Below, one piece after another: positions 49,985-64,000 of a stretch of DNA of 64,000 nt (positions are counted from its first letter, which is position 1; each line of letters opens with the position of its first letter). Source of the DNA: Blasia pusilla (taxonomy: Eukaryota); the NCBI GenBank assembly GCA_050084515.1, contig CM114271.1:41354001-41418000 (forward strand), given 5' to 3'. The notes below the pieces were generated by a model. That model saw only the letters and a list, made by a program, of their open reading frames with translations. It was not told the DNA's origin and made no database searches. The translations under genes and the position numbers were made by a program.

Positions 49985-52900
49985 TCACATGTCTATCTCA
50001 ATGTCAAACCAAACCCACTCTCCTAATGAGAGGCAAGGGATCATAACTCCACCGCCTCGTCCTGAGAGGTTCAACAAAGAGAGGATGAGCTCTCAAGCTC
50101 TCTCTCTCTCCTTGAGGTATATCCCTCCCCTCTCCCAAGCTCTATCCATGGTAACCTATGCTCCCAAGTCACTTCCTTGGCTCTTGACCTGATGTAGGAG
50201 GTCAAGGGTCACTTCCCAAAATAGAAAGTTGACCATAAATTTGAAATTGTACTTACCCAAAATAGTAAGTTTCTCATTTCGGCTCATTTGAGCCAAAACG
50301 AAGAGGAAACCTATTCTCTTAGGTTTCCTGGGGCCTCGGAAGGTCATCCTCAACCTCTTGAGCTTTTCCTACACTGATCGCAAAGGCGCTCTACTAGATC
50401 TTACCGATCTATCCTAAAATACGTGACAACTATTGTGCGCATACACATCGCTACACAATATACATCGTTGTCATCGAACACACACATAAACATGCACGAT
50501 CCCATGCTAACTCATGGTACCCAAACATAGAGGCGAGAAGTACCAAAATATCTCCAATCGCCCCCCTAGCTGGTGGTTAGGTCCCTCTTACTCTAGATAG
50601 TCATCTATCCCTACCTACTATGACACACATCTTTAGGACGCTAAGAGCAAAAAGGTCATGTGCTCATGTGGCCCCATCGTTGGTAGCCTTCTTGTCGTTC
50701 ATGTCACAGACACAAGTCGGAATCTAGAACTACCTACTCTTTATACATGTGGGACACATCCATGGTCCCTGAGGAACCCTAGTGAGAGGTGGCGTCAAAC
50801 ATGTCATATGTCATCCTCTCGAACACCCATCACAGACTAACATAGTGGCTGCATCACGGGCGGAACCACAAAATATACATCGTAAGCCTACATGAACTAC
50901 TGCTAATCTCGGATCAACTATACCATCAATGTTCAGAAGATGACGTAGCGCACACTTACGCACATGGTCCTTCCAAACCATACCATTGCGTCCCTCCAAT
51001 AAGAGAACACCATATTGCAAAATCTCACGCACTCTCAAGATAGTACACCCTCCCATGAGTCACATCCAACATTGTGGGTGCCATCTGCTGCAAGTCGACA
51101 TAGTCTCATTGATGAAATCTTTGGATAGTAGGTCGATAACCACCTCCCCGAATAGTTGCATACCTCAACTTATCCCGATGTTGCGCAGTCGCCAAGTTCT
51201 CAAACGTCATGGGCATCAATCTCCGAAATAACTCAGCCCTCTAAGAACATGCTCGCATCCATACATTAGGGTCATTAAGGTTCAACACCTCACCAACATC
51301 TCGACAAATGGCCACAAGCAAATCTAGCTCTCGGCCATAAAGTAGCAAGTACGGTGAGAAAGACGCTAAAGATACCTTCCTACTAAATCTGTATCCCATC
51401 GCCAACCATGGAAACTGGAGGTCCCAATCTCCTAGGTGACCTCTCTGCAAGTCATACTTGCTTAATCCTCTCTTCACCGTCTGCACAACCCTCTCCGCTA
51501 GTCCATCCGCCTCACGATGATCTCGCAAAGTGGTGCGGTGGTCGATCAATGCCTAATCATACAAGACCTAAAACTCCCCGCGAAACTCTGTACCTTGGTC
51601 TATCAACACCTTAGCTGGTGCGCCGTAATGACTCAGCACTCGATCTAGGAAGGCATATGCTACTCCCTCACTCGCTTTGTCAGGCAATACAACCAACTCT
51701 ATCCACTTTGAGAAGTGCTCAACCATCACCAACACATAATGACTATGGCGCTTCGTCAAAGGCAAAGGTCATGCAAACTCCATCTATAACCTAAATCCAT
51801 GATCGGAAGTGGATGCAATCGAGGAGTCCGAGCATTGAACGATGCTCACACCCGATCACACACCATGCATCTGGCAACAAACTTTCGAACGTCAGTCTCC
51901 ATGCCTCGCCACCAATACTGTATTTGGAGCAAGTTGTACGTCCGCTTCACTCCAAAATGACCCAACTCCTCATGGGCATGACGCACCAAACGTGCTCTCT
52001 GTGAAGTATGACGCACTACACATACTCTACCATCCTCCCAAACGTGCAACACATGTGTCCCTTCCCACTAGAACCGTCTGGCTCGCTGTTGGATCCGATC
52101 CCGCTCTCTAGCACCCACTGTGCTCGGCGCGCTGCCAGTACGCAGGTACTCCAAGACCACTCCATCGTCGTGAATATCTCGGCCACATGTTGTCTCCTCA
52201 CCGGCCTCTGGATCTAAGGACTCTCCATCCGATCTCACCATTGAAGTCTCAACAATTTGGCTCTCCATAACCAAAATAGGCTAACGGATGTCATCCTAGC
52301 ACCAACTCCTCATTACTCTCTCCATGCCAACGAGCTCCAATCGCATCTCTTTGACTCGACCATGGGTTACGGCTCAAACCATTTGGATCATGGTTAAGCA
52401 TCCCAGATCTATGCACCATCTGGTAATCATACTCCTGCAACAAAAGAGCCCACCTTGCAAGCTTCCCTATAAGCTTTTCGGACTCCATGAACCACTGAAA
52501 TGGCTGATGATCAATAATGATGGTAAAAGGATTCACAAATAGATAACACCTGAAATGTGCGACAGCCCATACCGCAACCAAGCACTCACCCTCATCCAAG
52601 CTATACTTCACCTTTGCAGCGCTTTTAGAGCGACTAGCATAAGCCACCACAAACTCTCTACCATCATCGTCATGCTGGGTGAGCACGGCTCCAAGCCCCA
52701 AAATGCTCCAATCGGTATGCAATTGGAAAGGACACCCCATGATCGATCACCTCAATATGGGCGTATATGTCAATCTGTCCTTGAGCAGCTGAAATGCTCT
52801 CTCTTGCTCATCCCCCTAATGCCACTTCTGATCCACCTTGGTCAGCAAGGTCAACGGCTTCGCAATCAAAGTGAAACCCTTGATATACTATCAAGGAAGA

Positions 52901-55610
52901 AGTTTTCCAATGCCATGAATGCACAAACTCAACTCACATTTGTAGGATGTGGAATGCGTGAAATAGCCTCTACCTTTGTCTGCTGCACACTAAGGCCCCC
53001 TAGATATATCGTATGACCCAAGTACTCAATCTGGTTGTAGAAGAACTTGCACTTGTTTGGATGTAAGTTCAGCCCATGTACTGCAATCGTCAAAACACCT
53101 CCTCTAGATGTCGCTCATGCTCCTCAACTGTGGCGCTAAAGACTATGATGTCATCAATATAACACCTAGCAAAATCCAGACCTGCCAAAATCCTATCCAT
53201 GATACTCTGAAACTCAGCCGGGGCGTTCTTTAACCCAAATGGTAAGAACGATCCTTCCCATGATGATCGATGCCCAAAATGACGTCTTCTGCCTGTCCTC
53301 CAATTTGATAGGCAGTTGATGGTATCCCGCTCGAAGATCTAACAAACTCAAGACCTTTACATGCCCAATAGCATCAAAGATCTCCTCATGGATGGGCATG
53401 GCATACCTATCAAACTTCGTTTGCCGATAGATAGGTCGGTAATCTCCACACATCCGCCTATGCTTCCAGTTACCATGCACATCCTTCTTGGCGGGCATGA
53501 TAGTGGCAGATGCATACTCTCCATGCGACATCTCCACTAGTCCTGCTCCAACCAAGTCCTCCCAAACGTGCAACACATCTGTCACTATCGCCTTGGCTTG
53601 CACCACGGACTCATCTGTAGGATGTTCTCAGCAAATCTCACCGTGACCTCTTGTCGGATGATATACTGTGTGATACTCGCTCCACCCAAGGATGTCTATA
53701 TCCGGAATGGACAATGATCCACATTGGCTCTCGTCAAGCCCAATCCTCTGAATGTCGCTTTCTCCAACTGTGAATCCAACAAGACGCGTTGCGATCTAAA
53801 AACTCTACCTCATGGACTCACCAACTGGAAGACTTCTCCCCAATTATCCAACAACACAACACCAGGAGTAGCCAAGACATGCTCTATTGCGGGTCTAGCG
53901 GGCATCTCCGCCATCCTAGCAGCTGCAGCAAGCCATGAATCTGAGGTGGACGGCCTAAGCATAGGCTCCAAGGGCAAGTCCATCACCTTCTCTGCAATCA
54001 CCCCTGAGTATGTTGAAAGAACACCAACTCCATGCTCACATAGTGTAGAGGCCAGCCGGAAAACCTAGGCAAGCATACCTCCCAACGTCATAACATCGGA
54101 AGCAAAAAATGTTGGGAGCGCGGTACACAAAAGTGGCCGCCCCCAACAACGTGCTTGACACATGCTCCTCTTGAGCATCAGCAATATGAGTCATCGTACA
54201 TGCTTCTCCCATCGCCCTCCATGCCTGCACACCAACAACATCACAAACTCTCCGGGAACTATGATCAGGACCCATCAATAGGGTCCTCATCGCCTCAGAT
54301 AACGTGAAAGTTGAGGAAGCCTGGTTTGTTTCTTGGCTTCCCCTCGCTCTAGATCCAACTCTTCAGCTGCTCCATGCGTAATAAATGCGGCAGCCTCCAG
54401 CAAGGCAACCCCGCACATCCAACCAAGATCTGCTATATCTCTGGGTGCTCCATATGACGTCGATGCCACTGATCCGACATCGGGTAACCTCAGTGCCATA
54501 GCGGCAATCTGCTACTGTAGCTGCTGTATGTGAGTAGCCATCCCAACCTCACGCTTGGCGTCTCCCTTGACGGGTCTAGGTAGTGGAACTATACCTCCTC
54601 CATGGGCAACTCCAACACCCCCTTGGACAACTCTAGCTCCTTGTCCCCCAACAGGATCAACTGGTGCACGACCTCTAGCCCACCCGGACCAACTACTCGC
54701 TCTAGTGCCCTCTCTAGCCCTCAGTCCGGACGTAACTCAAGGTGTAAGCTGAAACATCTATCGCATGTGTGACCGTACCTCTGATAATAGTCACACTGAT
54801 AACTTCATGGTGCAGCACCATCTACTCCTCCATGTTGAGGCAAACGTCCATGACCCTTACACATACAATTGCGTTGGTGATGGGCTCTACTGCATGCCCA
54901 AAAAATTATATCTGGCGGGTCTCTGTGGCACATGCTTTCAATAACCTCCATGTGTTCGTGGTCCCATAGTCCTCTCTCAAAATCCACGTTGCTACACTGG
55001 TGGTGCAGATACTTTTGGTTGCTCTTGCCCAGAACTCATGGTGGTTGCGCTCTCCTCTGTCATGTTGCGCTCAATGTTCTTGGCGGTCCTAAAAACATCT
55101 GTCAACATGGGTGAGGTGTTCATAAGAAGCACCCCCTTCCGCACCCATCTCCGCACCGTTCGATTCATCATCGCGTACGATGATTAGATAGCCTGGGCCT
55201 CTATCACTCCCGAGTGACGTTAATCAACATGCACAAGCGAGTGTAGGCCTCACGCAAACTCTCACCCGCCTATGCAAGTCGTGGATGCTCCGAAACTTCT
55301 CCGTCCGTACCTCTTGATAGCTCATCCTCAACTCCGCAAAGAACTCAACCACGGGGTTGAACCTAGGACGAACCCGATTGGACGGTGCAACTGCTCCAAT
55401 GCAAGTGACCCCTCCTAACACATCACTTATGGAAGAGGAAGTAGCCTCTCTTGACTCCTCCTCCTCATCTGGGAACGGCTTCGTCCATGACACATAGTGT
55501 GGGTCATAGTAGAGTCGTCGTGCCTCAATCTCCTGGGCATATATGTGGGAGAAGTCATGGTAATCGTCTATGGGTGCCCCCTCTAGGTGCTGGAACATAC
55601 CGTTCCATGC
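49985..55610 (-). mobile_element. Decayed Ty3/Gypsy retrotransposon: gag-like region, RT, RNase H, integrase, PHD finger and truncated 3' LTR
   Basis: RMCGDYRPI, LDLRAGYHQ and VYIDDIIV (RT); LHTDWSILGLGAVL and EGECLVAVWAV (RNase H); HEELGHFG...CMVC, DQGTEF and GLAERVVQT (integrase); CIFCGSARDAATMLVCDGCSRG*HMTCLTPPL...WMCPTC (PHD). Confidence 0.9.
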
Positions 55611-56839
55611 TGTAAATGGGTTGAACTCTCCTCAGAGTCTTATTTCCGCAGAAGAGGCACATCACGTCGAACAAAGTATAGGGTTTTTTGATTGGATTTT
55701 GGGGAAGACATATAAATTATTGTGGAAGAACTTGAGGGTATTTTTAATATAGGGCAATGCTTATAAGAAAAATAGGGTTTTACAAATTCACCAGTTGTAC
55801 ATGGTCCCATGGAAGATGTCCAAGAAAGTAAGGGGAATTTTTCGGATTATAATAGTGGATACACGTGTCAACCATGTATTAGTCCATGTGTCAGCTCTTT
55901 AGAGCTAGCCAATGTTTCCTTTGTGTCTAGAATTCTAGCTGCTATCATGGAGATCCCTGAAATGCGAGCTTGCTTGCCGTCTATGACCGCCCCGGTGGAG
56001 GGATCCTTTGGGGGAAGGGGGGGGCGGATATGGTACACACTGTGGATTCGTGCCTATTTACATGAAGCCATGTTAGGGTTTCGTTGCTATTCCGGGCACG
56101 CAGCGTTAGGCTTGTGAGAGAGTCTTGGAGAGCTCTAAATCAGACTTTTTGTTTAGTTGATAACAAATTTACTTTTGATTCAGATGTTTTTTTTCTAGGG
56201 TTTTGGGGCCAAGAGCGAGAGAACTAGGATGAGAGCACGAACCAACGCGGGAGGCGATGAAGGCAATGAACCAAAGCGGGAGAATTAGGACGAGAGCACA
56301 AACCAACATGGCTAGGACGAGAGCACAAACCGGTTGGGCTAAGACGAAAGCACGAACACGCAAGGCAAGCAGCGGAGCATTTTGAAGTGGCATCACAATC
56401 GGTGGGAGAGCGATATCGAGTGAAAGAGAATCACCTCTTGTGGCATGTTGTTGTTTCTTCTCTGTTTCTGCAGGTCTATGGATGGACTGCGGAATATAAG
56501 ATGCAGGTTTTTCCTTCAAGAAGAGCGTTGAGTGTCTGTTTATGGGAAGCACATATAGAATCATAGTGAGTTTGTTGTCTCTACATGGAATTTTTTCAAA
56601 CGACCGCTCACGGGATCTCAAATTTGACCTACAAGAGTTTTTTCAAGTGAAATCATCTCCTATCCATTGATCGATTAGAGGTCTCATGACTTCCTCTATG
56701 TATTATGAGTTTTGCGCAGAAGACCAAGTAGTGACTAGAGGTGTCATCACGGTTGGCACACAAGGTGGAAGAGTTGGTGTTGAGATTCCAAGTGGCAACC
56801 AGGAATCTCTGCTGCAAACCATCTACAATACATGATTGG

Positions 56840-57580
56840 GATCTCCAATAAACATTACAGGACTCCAGTGCAGTAGCTTTGTGCGATTAATCAAGGCTAC
56901 TAAATGTGTTGAACAATTCTCGTCTGACCTGCTTAGCAACATCAGCATTTGCTCTTGCTTTATGTGTTGTGATTTTTCTGCAAGAGACCAAGTAGTGGGA
57001 GGAGTGTGTGCACTTTATTGGGATCTCCAATAGACATTACTTACTAGTGTATTAGCTTTGGGGAATGAATCAAGGCTACTGAATGTGTTGAACAATTCTG
57101 GTGTGACCAACTTAGCACCACCAACATTTGCTCTTGATTCGTGTCTTGTAAATTTTCTAAAAAAGAGCAAGTAGTGGGAGGAGTGTGTGTACTACCTGGC
57201 AACTCCAATATACATTACTTGCTAGTGCAGCACCTTTGGGCAATGAATCAAGGCAACTAAATGTGTTTAACAATTATGGTGTGACCAGCTTAGCAACATC
57301 AATATTTGCTCTTGCTTGGTGTGTTGTAAATTTTCTACAAGAGATCAAATAGTGGGAGGAGTGTGTGTACTGTGTGGCAACTCTAATAGACATTACTTAC
57401 AGGCTATTGAATGTGTTGAACAATTCTGGTGTGACTAGCATATGCTCTTACAAGTGCAAAAGCTTTGGGCAATGAATCAAGCCTATTGAATGTGTTAAAC
57501 AATTCTGGAAAGTGACCAGCTTAGCAATATCAGCATCTGCTCTTCCTTTGTGTGTTATGATTTTTTTGCGAGTAGTGGAG
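56840..57580. repeat. Tandem repeat, ~178-179 bp unit, about 4 diverged copies
   Basis: AGGCTACT.AATGTGTTGAACAATTCT recurs at ~56894, 57072, 57251, 57401 (shortened unit) and 57480. Confidence 0.85.
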
Positions 57581-57649
57581 GACAGGCTCAGGAGGTCACA
57601 AAGGCGCTCTACTAAATCTCATCGATCTATCCTAAAAGACGTGACAGTG

Positions 57650-59370
57650 AGAGCAATACTTGAGAGGAACTTGGATATTGGAAACCGATTGGAGAACTTT
57701 GGTGAAGACGCCTTACCAACACGATGAAAGCTCCCAAGGATGGTTAGAGGATTTGAAGAAGGGGGCAAGTGTGATGCACGTTACCCTTGTGGATGGTGTT
57801 CTAAATTGGAAGCTGCAAAATATACACGTTCTTGAGAGTTTAAGGACCAAGGTTCTCAAGGTTCATCATGATGCACCTTAGGTGGAACATCCAAATGAGG
57901 TAGCAACCTTGGAGATTCTTAAAAAACATTCCTAGTGGCCATCTCAAGACAAGGATACCATAAAGTATGTCAAATTGTGTTTGGTTTGTCAAAATAACCA
58001 AACAAACTATGGCAAGACACAAGGGCTTCTTCAACCTTTTCCGATTTCGGGCAGAAAGTGTTGCTATGGATTTCATCATTGGATCACTTGAGTCAAAAGT
58101 TTTTAATTCAATCATGGTAGTGGTAGATTGATTTTCAAAAGATGTGAGTTTTTCATTCCTACTCCAAATGCACTTATGGCATTGGAGGTTTCTCATGTTT
58201 TCTTTGACAATGTTTTCAGAAATTGGGGTTTACCAATGGATTTAGTATCCAATCGGAACACCAAGTTTGTCTCTAAGTTTTGGACATGTGTGTTGAGGGC
58301 ACTAAGAGCAGATTTTATTCTAAGTTTGGGTTATCACTCAAATGGACATATCCACGGACATGCCCAACGGGTCCCCCGCCCGGGTTTTTTTGGTACGTTT
58401 AATACCCGAATGGCATGCGCGGGCTCGAGACGCATGAATGGGTGTGGGATCAAATTAAGGGAGGTAGGTAGGATTTGGCCCACATGCAACCCACATGAGC
58501 CCGTAGAGGGAGAGCTCGGTATTGCCTAGGGCGGGCTCAGACATACTCATGTTTAGGGCGGGCTCGCGTAGGCCAGGCTCGCCCTATGCAGGCCTATCAG
58601 CATCCAATGTGGGCTTAGGGCAAGCGAGTGCAGGCTACAAAATGGGCGACAGGTTCTTAGACTTAGTACGGGTTGGTTGAGCTTGGTTGTACATTGTGGG
58701 TGGGGCAAGCTTGGGTCCAGATGCCCCCGCTTGCACACACATGTTTGTACTAGGGACAAACATGAACATGTCCACAAACACAGACTTTTTCTGTGTGCAA
58801 CCTTGGGGTGAGCTCATAAGTGAACTAAAAAAGTTCATGGATAATCAAGACCCCTCTCGGACAAGACTATTGCCAAGTTTTCATATTGACATAGTCCATG
58901 TCCATCCTATGGAAGGACTTATCCATATGGGTCCCACGTCCCCATTTTCTTGTCCCTCCCCCACTCACCTCTATGTTATGTGCTTACTCCTTGCTTCTCC
59001 TATTTCCACTACCTCCCCCTTTCTTGCCCCACCCTTCCTCCCACCATGAGCAACAAAAAGTGGGCTCCACCAATTGCAATCCATGTGTGAAGACATATTC
59101 AAACTTGTCCATCCATGTTCTTCCTGGTGACGAATTTGTGTGTTTTTGTGCAACCATGACTAGTGCAATTTGACCCAATGATAGTCGAAGACCAAGAGAA
59201 GTTTGAAGTTGAGACTACATTGGATGAGCCTAGAGTAAAGAGATGAAGGAGATTAATAAATGAATACTTAGTGGCATGGAAAGGTTATGATTTATGCGAA
59301 AGAATATGGGAACTAAACAATAATCTGACTCATGTTGGAGAACTTCTAGAAGAATTTCGGAGTAGGAAAT
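57650..59370 (+). mobile_element. Chromovirus (Ty3/Gypsy) integrase-chromodomain remnant, interrupted by an insertion
   Basis: HHDAP...CLVCQ zinc finger, AMDFIIG and RNWGLPMDLVSNRNTKFVSKFW (integrase core); EKFEVETTLDE...EYLVAWKGYDLCERIWELNNNL (chromodomain, ~59190-59350). Confidence 0.8.
58351..58912. mobile_element. Non-autonomous TIR-type insertion inside the chromovirus integrase
   Basis: Right end ATGTCCATCCTATGG is the reverse complement (14/15) of the left end of the related element at 37043; it interrupts the integrase at the YHPQTDG-like motif. Confidence 0.5.
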
Positions 59371-61199
59371 TGTAGGGAATGTAGATGGTGAGAGTAGAGT
59401 TTAGCACATAGTTTGAGCAAAGTAGCCTTGTTTGTAGAATTTCCTTTGGTCGTATTTTGCTTTAAAGTATGACATTAATAGTATGCGGAAACTTAAGAAT
59501 TCAAGAAATTGTACAAAATTTGTCTTGAATGAGGAGCAAATTTTGAATGTTTTCATTGGGATGCATGTACTTGTGAATAGAGCATGACTTGTATGTATTA
59601 TGGCATCACAAGATTAGGTGGATGAGCTTGACATAGTTTGCTATTGTATTTGGGTTTGAAGTGTAATGTACTTAGTATGACTTGACCCGCCGGATAACAT
59701 TATATTAGCGTAGGCTTGGGTGTCTAGTAAAGGACAAGGCCATAACCTAAGGCATTGGTGAATTTAACCTTAGGATTTCCTATGGTGTCTTTAGGGGGGA
59801 TCTAACTCAATTCCATGAGGATGTCGACTCAAAAAAGTGGGTGAGCATCGCGAATAGCTAAGTTTATGGCACCCACGCTAGTGAGACCCGGGAAGTGAGT
59901 CATGATTGCAGGTCCAAGGAGGAAAGACCTTGGTATGACCCACCAAAGTTGAAACCTAGACTAGCTAGTCGCAAGACTAGGAAGGGTGGTGGAACCAACC
60001 TTAGGACTAATGTTAGGCGAGACGCGCACGTGTCTTATGACTAGCCTTAAATGAGAAAGGGGCATAGCTATTTGTGGATACAAAGGCAAGCAAGGTTTAA
60101 GACCTTGGAGCAAAGTTCTAACTGAAGGATGAGAAGCAAGGAACACATGAGTAGTCAAGATGGACAAGACGTCATGAGACTAGTCATGAAACGCAAAGAA
60201 CAGCAAGTCAACCATGACGAGGAGTCAATATGGGTGCTATCCATGAGATGCGGGTCCAAGATTCAAGATGCATTTGGGGAGCCAAGAGTTGTATTAGCTA
60301 CAAGAAGCCTCCGCCAAGCCATCTTGATGGATAAATAGTCAAACATTGGTCTCCCACTTATAAACCATGTTTGGGTTGAGGGCCAAAAAATATGGGTCCA
60401 ACAACCACACCAAGTCAACAAAAAAAGGACCAAATTCCAAGCAAAAGATTGTGGTATGAAGTGAAGGAACACTTTAGTAAGGTACTTATGGACACAAAGA
60501 TTTTGGACTCTCAACATTCACTGAAAACACATTTGTTATTCAAGTCTTTCAATACAAGTTTTTTTCCGTACATATATGCCTAGTGAAATATTTTACTATG
60601 AATAACCATCATTTCGAGGGAGGCTATTCACAATTTCACATTGTGGTCAACACCTATGCCCCAACTTCTTGGTTCCCATCCACAATTTTTCATTCTCGTC
60701 AAATGTTATGTGAAATCTTCCTAGCGGCTACTAACCGACATTGACTAGTATCCTATAGTTGATTAGTAGTAAGTGGTTATTGGGCGGAAAGCGTTATTGG
60801 AAATTATTGTGGAGTGTGGTTACGGTTCAAGTTGGTGGAAAATTCTCGTTGCAATTTTTAAGGAGGCGGCTACATTATATTCAAGTTTTTCTTACTTATT
60901 TTCAAGAACATGAGAGGTGGTGGCATGTGCTTGTAGGTGACTATTTGCAATCGGCCAAAAGGAATCCTTTTTCCAAATTTAGTTTAGAGGTGACGACTAT
61001 ATTTTGTGTGTTGAGAATTACAAAGTATGTGAGAACTTCACACGACTAATAATTGATTATTTTGACTACAACAGAACTTGGTGCATGTTTGTTTTCGGTG
61101 GTTGTCTTTAGAAGGAGGCTATGAGATGTTGGTACATGGGGGGAATAGGTGTGTATTATTTAAGAATGCTTTTCATGCAATTTTTCCTCTTTGACACGT

Positions 61200-62600
61200 G
61201 TGATTTAGGGTACCGGAGTAGGGATGGAAGTTCCCTTGACATGTTCATAAGAACAACCGCCTTTCTGCACTCTTGAATCATTCCCGATCAACGAAAGTAT
61301 CTTCCAACTGCTGATGATATGTATATGGGGGTAGGACGGAAGAAGTTGTGCACTTGGACTACCATGAGGATAAGATCAACCACAAAGGTTAGTTATTAGA
61401 TAGATCATACGAAAACTTAGAGGTTGTCGAATAGAGGCACACAAATTTGATGTGCGAAAGAGAGGACCTTTTCTGAAACTAGGGCTTATTAGTTCCAACT
61501 CAAGTTTGGTATGGGCAGAGGCAATGTCTTGAGTACTAGCCATGTTGGACCTAGCGGCAAAGAATGCTTGAATCATAAAGGTTCAAATTTAGAAAAGCTC
61601 GTGTGACTATTGTAGATTTGCATCGACTTGCTCAACCTCCATGATATGAGGCTAATCTTGCCTTCGCCAAATTTTTTTGCATGTACATGTACCATGCATA
61701 TGTGGAACAAGCATGTAAGTGAATTATCATCTCTTTGTTTCATCTCTCATTTAGAAGATTGTCTCTCAGACCAGGCTTTTTCAAGCCTTCCACCCCCATC
61801 AAGACAACCCTATCTACCATGGTGGAGTGTTCTCTTTGTTTCATCCTCTCATTTACAAGATTGTCTCTCAGACGACTAGTCACTTTCTCAATACCTTGTG
61901 ATGGTATTACAAGGTATGGAGGGTTTCCTGCCTTATTTGCGACACTCAACACAAGTGGAAGGAATTTTTACAACATGATCACATCCCAAGTGGCATTGTA
62001 AACAAAACTTTCTTAACGACCAGGTCTGTGGTCCACAAGAAACATCCCAACTCCACCTGAATGTACCTCTACATACTCGCCACATATGTGGTAAGTCTCT
62101 CCTCTCGAGAGATGTTCTCTTGCAATTTCCAGTGTACTATTGTCCTCTAAGTGCGCAAACAAGATAGGTGTACCACCTTCACCCAAGTTGGAGGGAATTG
62201 ACGATTTGCTCCCCACGCCCGTGACCCTATGTAACATTGCCGAGTTGATGGGACCAAACTACACCCTTCCTAAACTGCTGCAGAAGAACACCAAGAACCC
62301 AAAGGTCAAAATAGCCGCATGTGTAACCGTGGCCAAATGTTTTGGACAGATCAAAGCCTTAGATGTACTTCCCATCACTTTATCACCTGCCACCCATACG
62401 CAACTATCCTCCCAACCTTGCTTGCCTTCACTACTCGTAATGTACCTGTGGAACCCTTCAAGGTAGTAAGACTTCTTACCGGTCCTCCAGATTTCGCCTA
62501 CAATCCATTTCCTTTAACAGGCCTACAGGAGGTCGCTTATTCCCTAGAGGGCTGCCTATGCAATTATCTCTGTCCTAAGTGCACCCACTATTCTAAAGAT
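61200..62600 (-). mobile_element. Possible decayed gag-like region related to the 55.1-55.6 kb Gypsy 5' region
   Basis: RVQKGGCSYEH at ~61242-61275 resembles the K-G-x-SYEH-type segment at ~55116-55145 (TGTTCATAAGAA shared); otherwise weak. Confidence 0.35.
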
Positions 62601-63691
62601 ATGGAATGAGAACAAATTCGGTATGTGTTCTACACAGTACAACATCGCTCTAGAAGACCAACGACAGTCTAAGAAATGAAGTGAGTCCCACGATATTCAC
62701 CATTCTCCTCCACAAACGCATGTGGAGGAGATTTGTGAATCAGCAATCAGTGAATACCGAGGGCAACTAAACAAAACAAGTGGCCCTTCGGTATACGCTT
62801 TAAAACGTCATAGAATTTCTTCGTAAAATGGGAAAGTCAAGCGGTATCGTCCACTCAAATACCAATAAAATTGAGCATCCAGATACCCAGGAACATCAAA
62901 CTACGGACCACAGAACTTTGCAAATTGTTTCATTTGCCAATCTTTATCCTACCACTAACGGTGCCATTGTCGACCTTAAGTTCTCTCTCCTAAGAATCTG
63001 TCGAAGTTCAAACATAACAGAAAGCCAAAACTGTTTGTACAGTTTGCTTTCTTAATTACGTGAAAAGCGGAATTTTGAATTCTTTCGGCATTTTTCTTGT
63101 TCATAATACTATTCCCATGAAATCAAACAGAAAGGGAGTCTTGAGACATTTTGGATGACCAGCCAAAATTTCACGATTACTTCATGAGCACATTTAGGAA
63201 ATAAGAGTTCGAACTGCCTACATCTCCGAATCAAGCGTGAAAACGCAGTCTGTACTGCACTCCCAAGATCCAAAAATGAAAATACAGACGATCCAACAAC
63301 TTCCACAATAGACAACCAGTCGAAAGTCAAATGCATGATCTTCCCAGTCTTTCCAAATGGCGACATAGATCACTGTAAAGGGCTACCCAGCTACCCATAA
63401 TTACATCAACCCACTAGAAAAAAAGAGCTCAAGCCTTGAAAAAATACTTCAACATCACCGGAACTTTCAGGTATAGAAACATGGAGTATAGAGACGGTCC
63501 AACCTATACCAGAAAGTGTAGTATCAATTTTGTAAACCTCATGACTAGCCCAATCACTGCGTGTCATGAACCAAAACAACCTACAACTTCTGTGGGAAGT
63601 GAACATAAAAAGAAAAGAAAGGATCTGTATAGAACTAGGGCCGACGTGGAACTACTCCTTTATTTGGTCCCACCCAACCGATGATACTCAT

Positions 63692-64000
63692 TCAATGGGT
63701 ATTTCTTTGAGATTGATACAATTGTTGTGGGGCATCATTGATATCTGAAAAGCCTCTCGTCAGGAAACTGTGACCACTTTGCCTCTCCGTCATCACATCT
63801 TTTATCGATTGAGCAGTCTTCAGAGCAAGCATGTCTGAATCAGATTCTACTGCCGCAGTGAGCAGCTTGATCCAATTGTCTGTCACACACATACAGAGAA
63901 ACACTTCTGAGGTGAGGCCAAATTCTAATCTCCGGCTCCTCCTTACCTCACAATGCAAGCCTTTTCCATCATGGGGAAGATTGATCTGACTACATAAGAC
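63692..64000 (-). other. Possible 3' end of a spliced gene extending beyond the window
   Basis: Candidate ~65-nt intron GAG|GTAAGG...TGACAG at about 63881-63947; reading frame and product not identifiable. Confidence 0.25.

Noticed and set aside
56169-56621. 150-aa membrane-protein-like ORF
   Set aside because: The hydrophobic stretch derives from short AGGACGAGAGCACAAACC repeats in TE-like sequence.

Overview
Eukaryotic nuclear DNA, most likely from a seed-free land plant. This is inferred from the spliceosomal introns, plastid-targeted genes, CRE-clade LINEs and PHD- or chromodomain-bearing Ty3/Gypsy elements. Three intact nuclear genes for plastid proteins could be assembled exon by exon: an HCF152-like P-class PPR protein (minus, 2 exons), plastid ribosomal protein L9 (minus, 7 exons) and One-Helix Protein 2 (plus, 3 exons). 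The rest is mostly decayed transposons: a full-length hAT element with TIRs and 8-bp TSD, several hAT MITEs, three CRE-type non-LTR copies, three Gypsy-PHD remnants, a chromovirus remnant, PIF1 and SWIM fragments, a Helitron-like 3' end and a ~179-bp tandem repeat. Two observations stand out. (1) The unrelated, divergently oriented RPL9 and OHP2 genes share a clearly homologous 5' module (5'UTR, transit-peptide exon 1, intron position and start of exon 2), pointing to transit-peptide recruitment by local inverted duplication. (2) An array of eleven 29-bp palindromes with spacers at 158-793 looks CRISPR-like but has mirror-symmetric spacers. All family assignments come from motif recognition by eye, not from database searches.
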